64,000 nucleotides of DNA from Octopus vulgaris (taxonomy: Eukaryota): contig OX597818.1 of the NCBI GenBank assembly GCA_951406725.2, positions 124,558,001 to 124,622,000 of the forward strand. The letters are read 5' to 3'. Numbering within the stretch: position 1 is the first letter of the stretch; each line of letters starts with the position of its first letter. Shown here piece by piece: positions 39,940 through 54,267 of this stretch. The translations under genes and the position numbers were made by a program. A model generated the notes under the pieces. It did no database searches, had not been told where the DNA came from, and was given only the letters and a program-made list of their open reading frames with translations.

Positions 39940-42689
39940 TGTATGTATGTATGTATGTATGTATGTATGTATGTATGTATGTATGTATATGTATATATAT
40001 ATATATATACACATACACATAGTAGTCGGTAGTTTAAGAATGAGTTGTAAGCTTAGATCTTGTATTGGTGTTCTGTAATGTTTCTGACCACAATGCTTTA
40101 TTTCACATTAGCTTATTACCTTAATTCACCTGGCTGTTTTAGAATAGGTACCAGATCGCCTGGTAGCGTTACCTGTGATGCACTGTCATCATTATTCCAT
40201 ATCATTTAGTCAGTTCATATCAAGAAAACTTGAGTTAAATGCTAACTCACAAGGGATCATTCATTCCTTCCAACACAGTTAGGGCTTAGTAGTCGTCAAG
40301 ATATTTATTTGTTTTATTATAAGTCAACATAAAATAGCAGAATTGGTAGTGAAAGAGACAGACAGACAAAATACATTTTTGGTATTTGGTTACAATAGTT
40401 TACATTCAGATTCCAAACTTAACCAAGGGTGATTTATGTTTCCTCCTTTCACAGTTGATATAATTGAGTATATCTTATTTTTTAAAAGAATTGTTGCCTT
40501 GTGTCTCAGTCAGAAATCAGTATTGGAAGAATCAGTGGAGCATCAGGCAGAATGCCTTGTTCTAACTCTTATTCTGATTTCATATTAGACTGAAATCTAC
40601 TTTGCTTTTCATCCTTCTTGGGGCATCAAACTAAAAGCGCTAATCAAGAACTAGAATTGATTTAATCAACCACCCACCTCCCTTCAAATTTCTGGCCTTG
40701 TATTTATGTTAGTAATTATTATTTCTGCATCACCTTGAATGAAAAAAAAAATACATTTTTCCAATTATTTTCCATTTAGCATTTTTTCAATTATTTTCCA
40801 TTTAGCATTTTATTTTTACTCACAAAGACAGCTTTCTCTCTCAAATTGTACTTTCTTTCTACCAAAATTGATGTCATATTCATTTAACTATTATAACTTT
40901 TTATGTTATTACCATTCTTTCTTTTCCTTATACCATCGTTCTACTACATCTTTGATCTTATAATTTCATTCTATCTTCCATATTAATAACTTTCCACCTC
41001 AACAAATTGTCTCAATTAATTATTTGTTAACCACTAGTCTCTTTATACATTTCATTCTACTTTTCTAATTGCTATTTTTCTCCCTGTCTCTCTGCCTTCT
41101 ATTTCATATTGTTTTTCTTACCATTACAAGATTTTTTGAAAACCTTTTCTTATCAAACTTCTTTTTTTTTTTTATGTTTACAAAGACAAATAAAACATGA
41201 CAGATTCAGATAGTTTCACTATCTGTTAGTCATATATGTCTTTATACCACAGCAGGCAGCATATTATATATCTTCAAGCTGCCTGTTTGAATAAGGGATT
41301 ATGAAAATTTTATGAGACACAATGGACAGACAAGGTACTTAACTCTGTTTTACTCACTTTTTCCAGACTGGAAAAGAAAACCGCAAGCGACCAGTATTAT
41401 AGGGCCTCTAGTTATAACTATATTTAAATGTGAAAATCTATTTTCACATTTAGCTTTCTCCTTTGCATTATGATACACACAATTTCTCTAAATTATTTTT
41501 TCCAGAATGGTGATAAGATGAAATCTTCTACAGATGTTATCATTTATGAAGGGTTTAAATGAACAAGTTTCAAAAAAATTGTTTATTGACCAGCTAAAAC
41601 ATGGATTGGCATAATTGTTAAAGCATCACAGAGAGATGCCTTTTAGTATTTCTTCTAGCTCTTTACATTCTGAGTTCAAATCCTGCCAAGGTTAACTTTG
41701 CTTTTTATGTGTTTAGGGTTGATTTAATCCATTAAGTCTCTCCCATCAAATTTTAAGCCTTTTGCCTATATTATGAACAACTGTTAGAATAAATAAATAA
41801 TAGAATAATACCCAATTGAATATTAGCTAATAACCTATTTTCTATAGCGATGTTTGAACAAAAATTTTAATAATTTTATATTTTGTTGAATTTACCTGTA
41901 TTTACCTGTATCTACCTGCAATTAGAGTCACTTTATGACAAAAATTATAGTATAGAATTGGTTGAGAACATTTCATTAAATTATCTTCCAAAAATCACAT
42001 TAATATATTGATAAATAAAAAAGTTATAGTTGTTTAATGAAACCAGACTAAATTTATGATTATGTTAGAAATTAATTGAAACACATAAGGGGTGTATTTT
42101 GGTCAGAAATATAGTAACGAAAGGGTTAAGGAATTGTCTAAAAGATTAAGGTGTTGGACTACTAAATAACTGTATTGGTTATGACATCAACCAAACCTTA
42201 TTGTTACAGTCACTGTGTATTTAAGATCGAGTTGAATAAATAAACACTTGCATGAGTCTGCTGGACTGAGTTGTTAATAGGGGTAAAATATAGAACCCTA
42301 AGGAATCAACGAGAAGGATCTCTGTCAGTTGGCAACTTACTGATACCTTCAAGACTCTCTTCAAGTTCTTAATTAGTATTTATTTTCAATTCCGTTACTT
42401 GTTTCATTCGTTAGACTGCAATCATGCTGGAGCACCACCTTGTAAGGTTTAGTCCTAGAAATTGACTGGCAGTACTTATTTTTAAGTTTGATACTAATTC
42501 TGTCAGACTCTTTTTGTTGAATTTCTAGGTTATGAGAACATAAGCCAATACTAATTGTCATGTGGGGTGGAGTACAAACACAAAGATGCAGACACACATA
42601 CACACCTATGCACACACTCACACTCACACATACACACACACACACAAGCATGCATACACACACACACACACACATACCTTGTGTTCAGT

Positions 42690-42900
42690 TAACATTATCC
42701 CATCCAGGGCTCACTCTTTCTGATCCAAAGCCACCTTGAGCAACCTCCACTGCCTCTATAGCTAACTTGATGGTCTTTAATCTACTGGCTCCTTTGAGTC
42801 CCAGCATTGTCATAGGCTCTGCAGAAGGACTGGTTTGTGAACCCCCTACATCCCACATCAATAACTTCACACCTTGCTCACTGCTGTAAAACCATCTCTT
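42690..42900 (-). mobile_element. HERO/R2-group (RLE-type) non-LTR retrotransposon C-terminal remnant
   Basis: Frameshifted ARCEVIDVGCRGF..QS.CRAY..LG...AIEAVEVA.RWLWIRK motif. Confidence 0.65.
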
Positions 42901-44268
42901 CGTTATTAGATTTGTAACCACCAGGACTTAGTTGAAACTGTTTGTTGTATGTAAAACAAAGTAAACTTTTAGAGAGCTTGATTTTAATGTTGTTATTGTT
43001 GCTACTGTTGTTGTTGTTGCTGTTGTTGTTGTTGTTGTTGTTAAAATAATTGAATATCAATTAATCCCATATAGATTTCTTTATGACATTCAAATATACA
43101 TATTTGGTGATTTAGTGATAAATCTCCCTCAGAAGTTGACATTACTAGCATTTAGGAATCTGGGAAACCTCTAATATTCAGCTGAAGATCTAGCTATCTG
43201 TTGTGGGTGAGTATCTCTATGTCAGCTTTACTTTAAGTTGAACAACTCAAAACACAAAAATATCCAAGTATTGAAAAAAAAAACCAGCTCAGAATTGGCG
43301 GTTCACATTCTATCCCAACTACAGCATGCATCCGTGGACAAGATAGTTATCTAATAGATAAAAAGACAGTTATCTATATGTCCCTGGACAAGAAAGTTAT
43401 CTATCTATTAGACTAGAGCTGAGTCTAACCAGCTGTAAGTAATCACCACTGTGAGGCAAAATTCCCTTCTTTAGTTAGTAGCAGCACTGTGAAACTGATG
43501 TGTGTTATCATGTTTTCAGTGTTCTCATCATTTGCTCCACTGGATCAAACTACTTGCCAATATAACAGCATGGTAAGGCAGTGGGCTAGAAGAATCGTTA
43601 GCTGAATTTCATCTGTTTTTATGCTCTGAGTTCAAATTCTGCAGAAGTCGAGTTAGCCTTTCAGGGTCAGTAAAAAAAAGTAGCAGTTGAGTAATGGGGG
43701 TCAATGTAAACGATTTACACCCTCCCCCAAAATTGCTGGCCCTGTGTCAAAATTTGAAATCAATATACCTGTATGTTATCCAGCAAGATTTCAAACGTAT
43801 TTTATCCACGTATTGCTACTACAAATAACAGGAGATAAACACTGAAAAATAATGGGGGGATAAATGTATTGGTTTGCAGAATTTTGTGAAGAGAATTAGC
43901 TTTCAAAATCTTGTATATATTAATTTATCTCTATCTTCTACTGCATAAGCTAATTAGAGAACTTCTACATGGTTGTTCAGTTGACTCGAAATGATAACCA
44001 AATCTCCCTCATCTCACACCATACTGTGCTCAAGATGAGATACTATAATCAATAGTAATATAGTTGTAGATATGCTTTATTTTATTTTTTTTAAATTTTC
44101 TTTCAGTCATTGGAAGTGTTTAGTCAAAAGCATTGCCCTCAGTCCTCACATTTTTTAAAATCAGGTGCTTATTCTATCAGTCTCTCTTGCTAAACTGCTA
44201 AGTTAAATCAAAGTAAACAAGCTAACACCGATTGTCAAATGGTGGAGAGAGAGAACAGACATACACAT

Positions 44269-44307
<39 letters not shown>

Positions 44308-46002
44308 TACACACACATGCACATACACACACGCATACACACACACACACATGCATACACACACACGCATACACACACACAGACGCATACACACACATGC
44401 ACACACACGCATACACGCACACACACGCATACACACACACACACAGATGCACATATGATGGGTTTCCATAGTTTCTGTCTACCAAACTCACTCACAAAGT
44501 GGTGGTCAGCTTGGAGCTCCAGTGGAAGACACTTGCCCAAGGTGGCATCCAAGTAGACTAAACTTCGAATTAGATGGTTGTAAAACAAGCTTTTTAACCA
44601 CAAAGTGAAAAGGACAGGATGGTCATGGTAGTAATGCCTTTGTTCATTGTTGATTTGAGACTAAACAATAACAATATTCTCTCCTATGCAAAAATAAAAA
44701 AAAAACAAGAAATAATAAATATATAAATCTACCTATCACTTATTTCAGACACTAGACTGTGGCCATGCTGGAGCACCACCTTGAAAAAGTTTAGCTGAAT
44801 GAATCAACACCATTACCTATGTTTTTTAAGCTTGGTACTTATTTTATAATTCTCCTTTGTTGAACTGCTTAGTTACAGGGATGTAAACACACCAACATCG
44901 GTTGTCAAGTAGTAGCAGGGGACAAGCACACACACATACACACACACACACATACATATATATATATGATGAACTTCTTTCAGTTTCCATCTGCCAAATC
45001 CACTCCCTGGGCTTTAGTCAGTCCAAGGCTATATTAGAAAATACTTGCCCAAGGTTCCACACAGTGAGACTGAACCCAGAACCATGTGGTTAGGAAGCAA
45101 ATTTCTTACCACACAGCCATGCCTGCACCTATGTATGTACGTTCTTCTTTTTGAGCAAGTGAATATATTGTTTAGAGAATAGGAATGGCCCTTTGCAATG
45201 TCTTGTGGCTGAGAAGCAAACTTCTAGCCACACTGTAGGACTGAAACTGGAACTATGTGACTGCAAAACAGACTTCTAACCACACAGCAATGCTTATAAA
45301 TAAATAATGAAAATAAAATTGGTTTTATAGCAATAAAATGTTAAAGGTAGACAAGTTATCAATCAGAAACTACAAACCATTGCATTGAATAATAATTTAG
45401 GGATATTGCAGGTGGGGGGGTGCAAAAAATAGAAAACACTGAAAAATAGTGAAGTAAAATAAAATAAACAAATGATATTTTAACAAACAAAATAGAATGA
45501 TTGATTTTAATCCTAGAAACTTGGAAATGGTTTTGGCTCTTTTGTTTCATAAATTTTTATCTTGTCTGGATTTTTTTATTCATTATTTTTTGTTAATGTT
45601 TTTTTTTTTTTTTTACATTATTTTTTTGTTTAGTTTTTTGTAACATTAAGTCTTTTGAAATGTTAAGTATTGTTGTCTACAAACCTACACAGAAAGACTG
45701 GCATTGATTTATAACTGAAATAAGATAGGTACATCTAAAACATTACATGCATGCACATCTATATGCAAACACATATGTATACATGAACGCATACATTTGT
45801 ATGTCAACACCCACGCATATATATACTTTTACACAAACACACAGACACAAAACCGTCGACAACATCACCCTTCATGCCTGTACACCTTTATTGCGTATAT
45901 TATTGGGAACAAAAGTTGTGTGAAAGAGGAGAGATAAGGAAGGAGATAATGAAGACATTTATCATTTATAGACTGACACACACACAAGCATATATGTATG
46001 TA

Positions 46003-46052
<50 letters not shown>

Positions 46053-46094
46053 CATATATACATATGTATATATATATATATAAAACATATATAT

Positions 46095-46325
46095 CATCAT
46101 CCTCATCATCATCGTTTAGAGTCCAATTTCCATGCTGGCATGGGTTGGACGGTTCAACTGGGGTCTGGGAAGCCAGAAGGCTGCACCAGGCCCAGTCTGA
46201 TCTGGCAATGTTTCTACGGCTGGATGCCCTTCCTAACGCCAACCACTCCATGAGTGTAGTGGGTGCTTTTTACGTGCCAGACAAGGCTGGCAAATAGCCA
46301 CGATCGGATGGTGCTTTTTACATGC

Positions 46326-46328
<3 letters not shown>
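46095..46328 (-). mobile_element. SINE/LINE-tail family D with (TGA)n tail
   Basis: CATCATCGTTTA..GTCC..TTTCCATGCTGGCATGGGTTGGACG...GGATGCCCTTCCTAACGCCAACCAC. Copies at 5925-6090(+), 18135-18520, 33890-34130, 39460-39575 and 55865-56150. Confidence 0.75.
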
Positions 46329-46360
<32 letters not shown>

Positions 46361-47697
46361 CATACATACATACATACATACATACATACATACATACATA
46401 GTCGGGAAGCAAACTTCTTAAATCATACTGCCATGCATGAACCTATGTGCAACTTTTACTTATTTGAGTCATTTGACTGCAGCCATGCTGGAGCACCTCC
46501 TTGAAGGGTTTTAGTCAAACAAGTTGACCCCCAGAACTTATTTTTTAAGCCTAGTACTTATTCCATCAGTCTCTTTTGCCAAGCCACTAAGATACAAGGA
46601 CATAAACACTCCAAAACCGGTTGTCAAGTGGTGATGGAATGATAAACGCAGACACAAAACTATATACATAGGTACACACTCACATACATACACACACACA
46701 CACACACATATATATATATGACAGGTTTCTTTCAGTTTCCAACTACCAAATCTACTTACAAGGCTTTGGTTGGCTTGAAGCTATAGTAAAAGACTCTTGC
46801 CAAAAGTGCCACACAGTGGGGCTGAACCTAGAACCATGTGGTTGGGAAGCAAGTTTCTTACCACACTCACTTGAAGACAGTGACACTGAATTTACAGAAA
46901 CAACCCAAATAAAAGAGAGGGAGAGAGATGTGGCATACAGAGAAATAATTTACCTACAACCTTTGCATTATTTAGTAGATATAATACTTTACATTGGGCA
47001 AGGTGTTAGACTATCGTTCCACTCTGAACTGGTGGTTAAATCTTGTTTTAAGTTTCAACTCATGACATTTTTACTATATAGGATATACCAGCAAAACAGC
47101 TTTTGGCTTTCTCTTTATTTGTAAATAAGGAAGATAAAGATCTTTATAACATGGACACATGAAAGAAAATTAATCCTCAGTACACACACATAGATAAATA
47201 CAGATATATAAAACACCATACAATATAAATTCTTGATTTATTAAAATCATCTCTGCCTTTAGAGAAAGTGTCCTAATTACCAAATGGCAAATTAAGACCC
47301 ATTCCACATGAGAAGGAGAGATAATATCAAGAATCAAGAATTTTCCAATGTTGATATGATGTCAAGGACAAGGTAATTGCCTGGAGGTAAGAGGAGAGCC
47401 ATGGACACATGTTTCTTGTCCTACATTATCTCCTTTAGCCAGGGGAATTAGACATATAGGAAATGAGTAGAACACATTTATGGTCTACCTAATGTGAAAT
47501 TTATTCATTCAGCCATTCATAATTCTGAGTTTCACATTATGAAAACATATATATTGATCGAGGCAACTAGTTGGATCTAAACTGTTTTGGGCACATATGT
47601 TGTATGCTAATTTGCCTTCATACCATTGATCAGTTAGCAGCATATACATGCATGTGAATGTCTATATATGTGTGTGTATATATATATATATATATAT

Positions 47698-47987
47698 ACA
47701 ATTCATAAATGAGGGCAAAGGAAAAACATTCTAATGCCAAATATGCCGAAAAATTGGACATATAGTCCATTAACCATATAATTTTTTCACAAAAATTATA
47801 TGTGAAAAAATTGTAAATGGACAATATGTCCAATTTTTCGGCATATTTGGCATTAGAATTTTTTTCCTTTGCCCTCATTCATGAATTGTTTATAAATTTA
47901 ACCGTTAAAGGTATTTTTTAATATGCTGGCCATTGATGAAATTTTTTTCAAGAAAATATTTTTTTTTGAAAAGAACTTTATCCTCAC

Positions 47988-47990
<3 letters not shown>
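47698..47990. mobile_element. Fold-back element in (TA)n
   Basis: Arms ~47698-47787 and ~47802-47889 plus a unique tail. (TA)n flanks. No clear HHR core. Confidence 0.65.
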
Positions 47991-48024
<34 letters not shown>

Positions 48025-48320
48025 ACATACAAATTTAGAAACTTCAAGAGAATGCATTTTTAACAGTTGAACATGAAGAAGAATGGCTATAAATAATAGT
48101 GTGTAATAATATTGGCTATTACTTATAACATTTCTACTTTGAGTTTAACCATAAAGAAACCTCTGTGTAGATTTTTAATTTGTAAATCTGTGTGTGTGTG
48201 TTTGTGTCTGTGTGTCTGATGTCCCATAATTGTCTGTCATTCTACTTTTGTCAGGTCTTCTTTGTTGCTGTCACATATTGTAAAAATTTTTAAATTACGT
48301 CAAAATTTTCAAATTTGGTA

Positions 48321-48572
48321 TTCAGTAACCCCTTACCATATTGTGGTTCACTTATCGCAATTCACCTATCATAGTTCACCTATTGCGGTTTATTATTTAA
48401 ACTTACGTTTATTCCTGTGGTGTTATTTTGCATTTATTATAAAATAAAACTATACAAATTATAAAAATAATTTTTAAAATATACAGTACAGTATTGTTTC
48501 TACTTCACGGATTTTCACCTATCACGGGAGGTTTCCGAATGTAACATCCATGATAGTTGAGGGATTACTGTA
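48321..48572. mobile_element. Tigger-like MITE
   Basis: TIRs CAGTAACCCCTT / GAGGGATTACTG-TA with internal TTCACCTATC repeats. Confidence 0.65.
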
Positions 48573-50839
48573 TTGAAATAATTTTCCATTTATAATCTGA
48601 TCTTGTAATTTATTTGTTCTAGAAAAATTGTAGGAAAATGTTACTGAGCTTTAAAGTTTAATCAATTTTACATAATCAGGAAATTTGGAAGCTGGCATTT
48701 TCTGCATGATAGCTGTCTATCACAAAATGAAAGCAAAATCATTACAAGGAGGAATTTTTATTAAACAAATGAAAGCAAAGCATTACGTTGACCAAATTTG
48801 TAAGAACTTCTGAAGTTTTAATAAGTTTTAATGAATAAAGTCATGTGAAATGGTCAAACAGACATGGAAATAATTTAAAAAGGAAAAAAAAATCCTCAAA
48901 GAAGATTTTTTGCCAAAAATTACACAAACCTATTCTGATCAAAAGGTCCCTCTGTCAGGGAAGGCATGGTCTGGCATGGAATAAGCAAAAATTTATATAA
49001 GATATTCTATTGTAAAAATTTCCCAGCAATGACAGGTTATTCAGTCAGTATATATATATATATTTATCTTTTATCTTTTACTTGCTTCTATCATCAGACT
49101 GTGGCCCATGCTGGGGTATCGCCTTGAATTTAACCAGATGAATTGATCCCAGTACTTTTTTTTTATAAGCTTAGAGAACCAATAAGTTATGGGGATATAA
49201 ACAGGCTGACACCAGTGTCGAGCAGTGGTGGGGGACAAACAAACATACACATATATATACATATAGACAGATCGCTTTAAGCTTCCATCTACCAAATCCA
49301 CTCACAAGGTTTTGGTCAGCCTGAGGCTAGAGCACAAGATACTTCCCCAAGGTGCTACATGATGGGACTGAACCCAGAACCATATGGTAGGAAAGCAAAC
49401 TTCTTACCACACAGCTATGCCTGCACTTACACACACAGACACACACAATATATATATATATATACATATATAAACTCATAAATGACAGAAAAGTAGTTTG
49501 ATGAAATTTTATTTAACAATAAGAAAATCCAAATATCACAACAAATTGTTTCGTAACTTAAAAGCATGCGTGCATCATACTATATATTACGAGTACTATT
49601 GGATTACTTGAATCCATATATTGTGTCTTAAATGTATGTGTATGTGTGTGTGTTTGTGTGTGCGTAAATGTATATGTATGCATGTATGTATGCAATCATC
49701 ATCATTTTATGCACACTTTTTATACTGGCATGGGTTGGACGGGTAATGATCACAATCCCAGCCAGATCTTATTGAGAGCTAAAGCTTTTATGTATGGCTT
49801 GGAACACCACACCTTATTCATTCTTTCCACTTTTCACTCGGCTTCTATTGCTGAATACCCGTCTTATCACCAACTATTTTACAGAGTGTACTGGTGTAGT
49901 TGATGCATTTTACTGTGGCACCAGCATTGGAAGGGTTGTCATTTCATCATATATATATAATGTACATATATATACAGGTATATATGTATATATTTGGTCA
50001 TTTGTTTTTGTCTGTTTTTCCATGCTCACATGGGTTGGATGAATGTGTTATAGCCGCATTGTTTTTATGACCAGATGCTCTTCCTGTCACAAACCCTTAC
50101 CTTGGTTTTCTGGTAAAACATTTCTTTCATTTCGAACAAAGACACAATGTGAATGGATGATTTGTTCATTGTTCAGTTAACAACAGACACTCAGTGGTAT
50201 TTTATCAATCAGAAATAAAGAAAAGTGCAAGCCCTGGTAGCAGCAGTGGTAGCAATGGCAGTGATGGTGGTGGTGGTAGTGATGGTGGTGGTGGTAGTGA
50301 TGGTGGTGACAACAATAATTATTGAGGTGATGCTGATGTTTGAAATCATGGTGATGTTTATCATGGTGGCACTTGTAGTTTTGATGGTGGTGGTGGTGGT
50401 GGTGGTGGTGATGTTGGAAGTTGTATTCATGTTGATGGTGTTGGTGAGGTAGACTGAAATTAAATTTTTCTCATACTTGCATATTTTATTAACTAACTGT
50501 TCTTTTACATATGTTTGTATTCATGTATCTGTGTGCCTGTATATATACATGCATACACCTATATATATATATGTATGTATGTATGACAAAAACAACATGA
50601 CAAAATAAAATGGTCTTACATATATATGTATAAGAGTATATAGAATATATTATAAATATATTATAAATACACATTATACACACACACACACATATATATA
50701 GGCTACCATTATGGGTTATATAGGTCTATGAACTTTGAGTATTTGTAATAGATTGTTAAAATGTGTACTTGTTAAAATGAGCACTTGAGAGAATCTCTTC
50801 ATTCCACTCAGCCCTATGTAATAGGAGTATATATATATT

Positions 50840-50883
<44 letters not shown>

Positions 50884-51184
50884 TATAAGCAATTATACAA
50901 TAATACATATATATAAGTATATATACACATATATAGATATATATAGATATATATTTATATATGTATGTATGTATTTATATGTATATATATACATATATAT
51001 GTGTGTGTATATATATATATATGCATATATATATATATAGGTGTATATATATATGTATGTATATTCATATATGTATACATGTATAGAATTATATATATAT
51101 GTATATACATATATATGTGTGTATATATATATATATATGCACACCACACACTCACATATATGTACATATACATTAATGCATAAA

Positions 51185-51242
<58 letters not shown>

Positions 51243-51255
51243 CATACATATATAT

Positions 51256-51470
51256 AGCAGAGTAAGCACATAAATGCAAAACTAGGTGGAAAAAAATAGT
51301 ACTTGAATACCAGTGGTAGAGTAATATGATTTATTAAAAGCAGCAAAAATACCACAAAAACTGTTACTCAGAGTTTCATGTTCCCATTTACATAAACAAA
51401 ATGTTCAACAAAGGGAACATGCAACTCTGAGTAACAGGTTTTGTGATATTTTTGATGCTTTTTAATGAAG
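51256..51470. mobile_element. Fold-back HHR element, family F1 (degenerate cores)
   Basis: CTGTTACTCAGAGTTTCATG ... CATGCAACTCTGAGTAACAG inverted arms, with the same unique tail as the 17338 and 22781 copies. (TA)n flanks. Confidence 0.7.
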
Positions 51471-51484
51471 TATCTATATCTATA

Positions 51485-51615
<131 letters not shown>

Positions 51616-51667
51616 TATATATACATGCATATATACATACATACATAAATATATCTATTTATATTTT

Positions 51668-51721
<54 letters not shown>

Positions 51722-51742
51722 TGTGTGTGCGCACACACTTAC

Positions 51743-51920
51743 CTCTTTCATTTTCATTAAAAAAATTTTTTTTTCCAGAAAGTAGAAGAATGCACACATG
51801 TAGATAGATTGTAGTAATGTACCCTTCGCTGGAACTTCAATGTTCCAGATTATAATTTCTGGCTTTTGGATTGGAATTTCTGGCTCTTGGAATAAACCAG
51901 GCATCTTTGCATTTTACCAT
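51743..51920 (-). other. Candidate spliced exon of an unknown minus-strand transcript
   Basis: Acceptor tttctgtttcag| at 51921 and donor GAG|GTAAGT at 51742. A frame from ATG 51904 stays open to the donor. No homology recognised. Confidence 0.3.
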
Positions 51921-52044
51921 CTGAAACAGAAATTTTTCAAAACAAAAATTAAGCAGATTCCTTTTAGCTTTTTCACATGAGCTAAACCACATTCAGTAAC
52001 AGCTACCAGCATTTACTACATTATTATATATATATTATTGGTTC

Positions 52045-52270
52045 AAGCTCAGGGTTATGGATTAAAGTTTAGGATTTGGGTTACAGTTGGTCTTTGGACT
52101 GAATTTTTGAGTTAGGGTTTGAAATTAAGATTCAAAGTTTATAGTTAAGATTGCATTTTGAGCCTATGGTTAAGGTTTAGGATTAAGATTTAAGATTGGG
52201 ATTTGGAGTTAAGGTTCAGAGTTACAGTATAAGATTAAAGTTTCCAATTAGATTAGCATTTAGGGTTAGA
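52045..52270 (+). repeat. Degenerate (TTAGGG)n-like interstitial tract
   Basis: 6-bp periodic TTAGGG, TTTGGG, TTAAGA and TTAGGA units. Confidence 0.6.
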
Positions 52271-52272
52271 CA

Positions 52273-52501
52273 TTAAACCTTTAGTGTTCACATTATTCTG
52301 CCAAAATTAATCCTTTTTTATCCACATTGTTTTGAACTAATCAGGCATTATCTTGTAGCTTTGAGATTTTGATGAGGTAGCTGTTCATTTTTCAAACGAT
52401 ATTGTAGGGTTGGTGTGAGAGACTAGATCTTGCCAGTTTGAACATAAAACAAGCAGAATACTTTTGGCCGGATGTGGCCGGTTTAAATGCTAAAGGGTTA
52501 A
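52273..52501. mobile_element. TTAA (piggyBac-like) MITE
   Basis: Same family as 30742, with TTAA ends. Confidence 0.75.
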
Positions 52502-52973
52502 GGATTGGGATATCATGACTGGAAAGTTGTATCTGTGTTGAACTTAATTTGTGCATCTGCATGAATCATATTTTCAGAATATGCACAAAAAACATCAGAC
52601 TATATGCCTTTTGTTTTTAGCTTGTTTTTTGTTTGTTTGTTTGGTTGTTTTTTAGATATGTATTTTAGGCTGTAAAGTATGAGATGTCCATTAAACCATT
52701 TAAAAAAAAAAAATCACTGGATTAGAATCTTTGGTCTGTTAGTCCAGCACCTTTATTATTTTCTTGCAGCACCCCTTTAATTGTTTCAGAGTATGTTGTT
52801 TAACAACATTTAAAAGGAAAAGAAAAAAAAGAAAAAAAAAGAATTAATTAAAACTTGTAACAGGAAAAAGAAAAAAAAGTAACAATAATAATAATAATAA
52901 TGTGAACCCTTGAAAGAAAAAATGTGAAACATTGTATATACATACATACATATATGTATGTATGTATATGTAT

Positions 52974-53030
<57 letters not shown>

Positions 53031-53040
53031 CATTTATATA

Positions 53041-53087
<47 letters not shown>

Positions 53088-53096
53088 ATATATATG

Positions 53097-53127
<31 letters not shown>

Positions 53128-53905
53128 GTATTTTTGTATATATATATGTGATTCTTTTTGTGTGTCTTTATGTTACTGTTGGTGGGCGCTATACACAGGA
53201 AGAGGTAGTATGAAGCTCCCGGTGAATCAAAATCTGCGACCCAGTTTCGTTTCTCCGATTCCCCGATTGTAGCTTTTCAACTTCACTCATGTTCGTGCTA
53301 ATGCCATTGGGAAATGGCATGAACATCACAAACCCTGTTATCCACTCCTCCCTTTCCCCCCTGGTCCTCCTAAAATAAACAAAAAAAAAACAACAACCAA
53401 AAAAATATCAATAGGGTTGATCACCCGCTGATGGATACTTCTGATCACCGAAAGGTCAAGTAATTGACCATTTATTCGCACTAGTGCGTGGGATAGATAA
53501 GTACATATTATTTATCCCTTTTTTGTTTTTTTTTAATTGTTATTGTTAGCTTTCAAGTTTTTTGGAATATATCTGAATAAAAAAAAAAAAATCCTTTGGA
53601 TGAAATGTTTATTTGTTGTTATTCTTTTATTCTCTCTATTCTTTTACTTGTTTCAGTCATTTGACTGCGGCCATGCTGGAGCACCGCCTTTAGTCAAGCT
53701 AATCGACCCCAGGACTTATTCTTTGTAAGCCTAGTACTTATTCTATCGGTGCCTTATTCTATCTTGCATCTTGGAAATGCAAGAGTTTCACGACTTCTTT
53801 TGTTGTTTAAGTATTTAGTGGCAATCTCCTGGTCGGCTGGTTGGTATGTATGTATGTATGTATGTATGTATGTATGTATGTATGTATGGCTGTGTATACG
53901 TATAC

Positions 53906-53941
<36 letters not shown>

Positions 53942-54069
53942 ACAACTGATAACTCTGTAAATAATAATATCTATAAGCTTTATGCCTATAAGCAATCACT
54001 GTGTATTGACAAAAGAAAATAGTCTAGTATTGGGGTATATATAAGCCCTCAGTGGAAAAAGAGAGTTTT

Positions 54070-54140
54070 CCATGCACATGGGATGTGAACCCACACCACT
54101 TATATTTGCAATAAGTGCGCTAGCCATTAAACCAACTTAA
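54070..54140 (-). pseudogene. Degenerate tRNA-like sequence or SINE head
   Basis: TTGGTTTAATGGCTAGCG-CACTTA-TTGCAAA...TAAGTG-GTGTGGGTTCACATCCCA. Acceptor stem is not intact. Confidence 0.35.
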
Positions 54141-54230
54141 GAACTGTAATTTTATAGTGCCATTTTTCAGCAATAAATGAAGAAATTAAAAAAATATCTA
54201 TAACCTTTAAGCATATAGATATTATTATTT

Positions 54231-54267
<37 letters not shown>

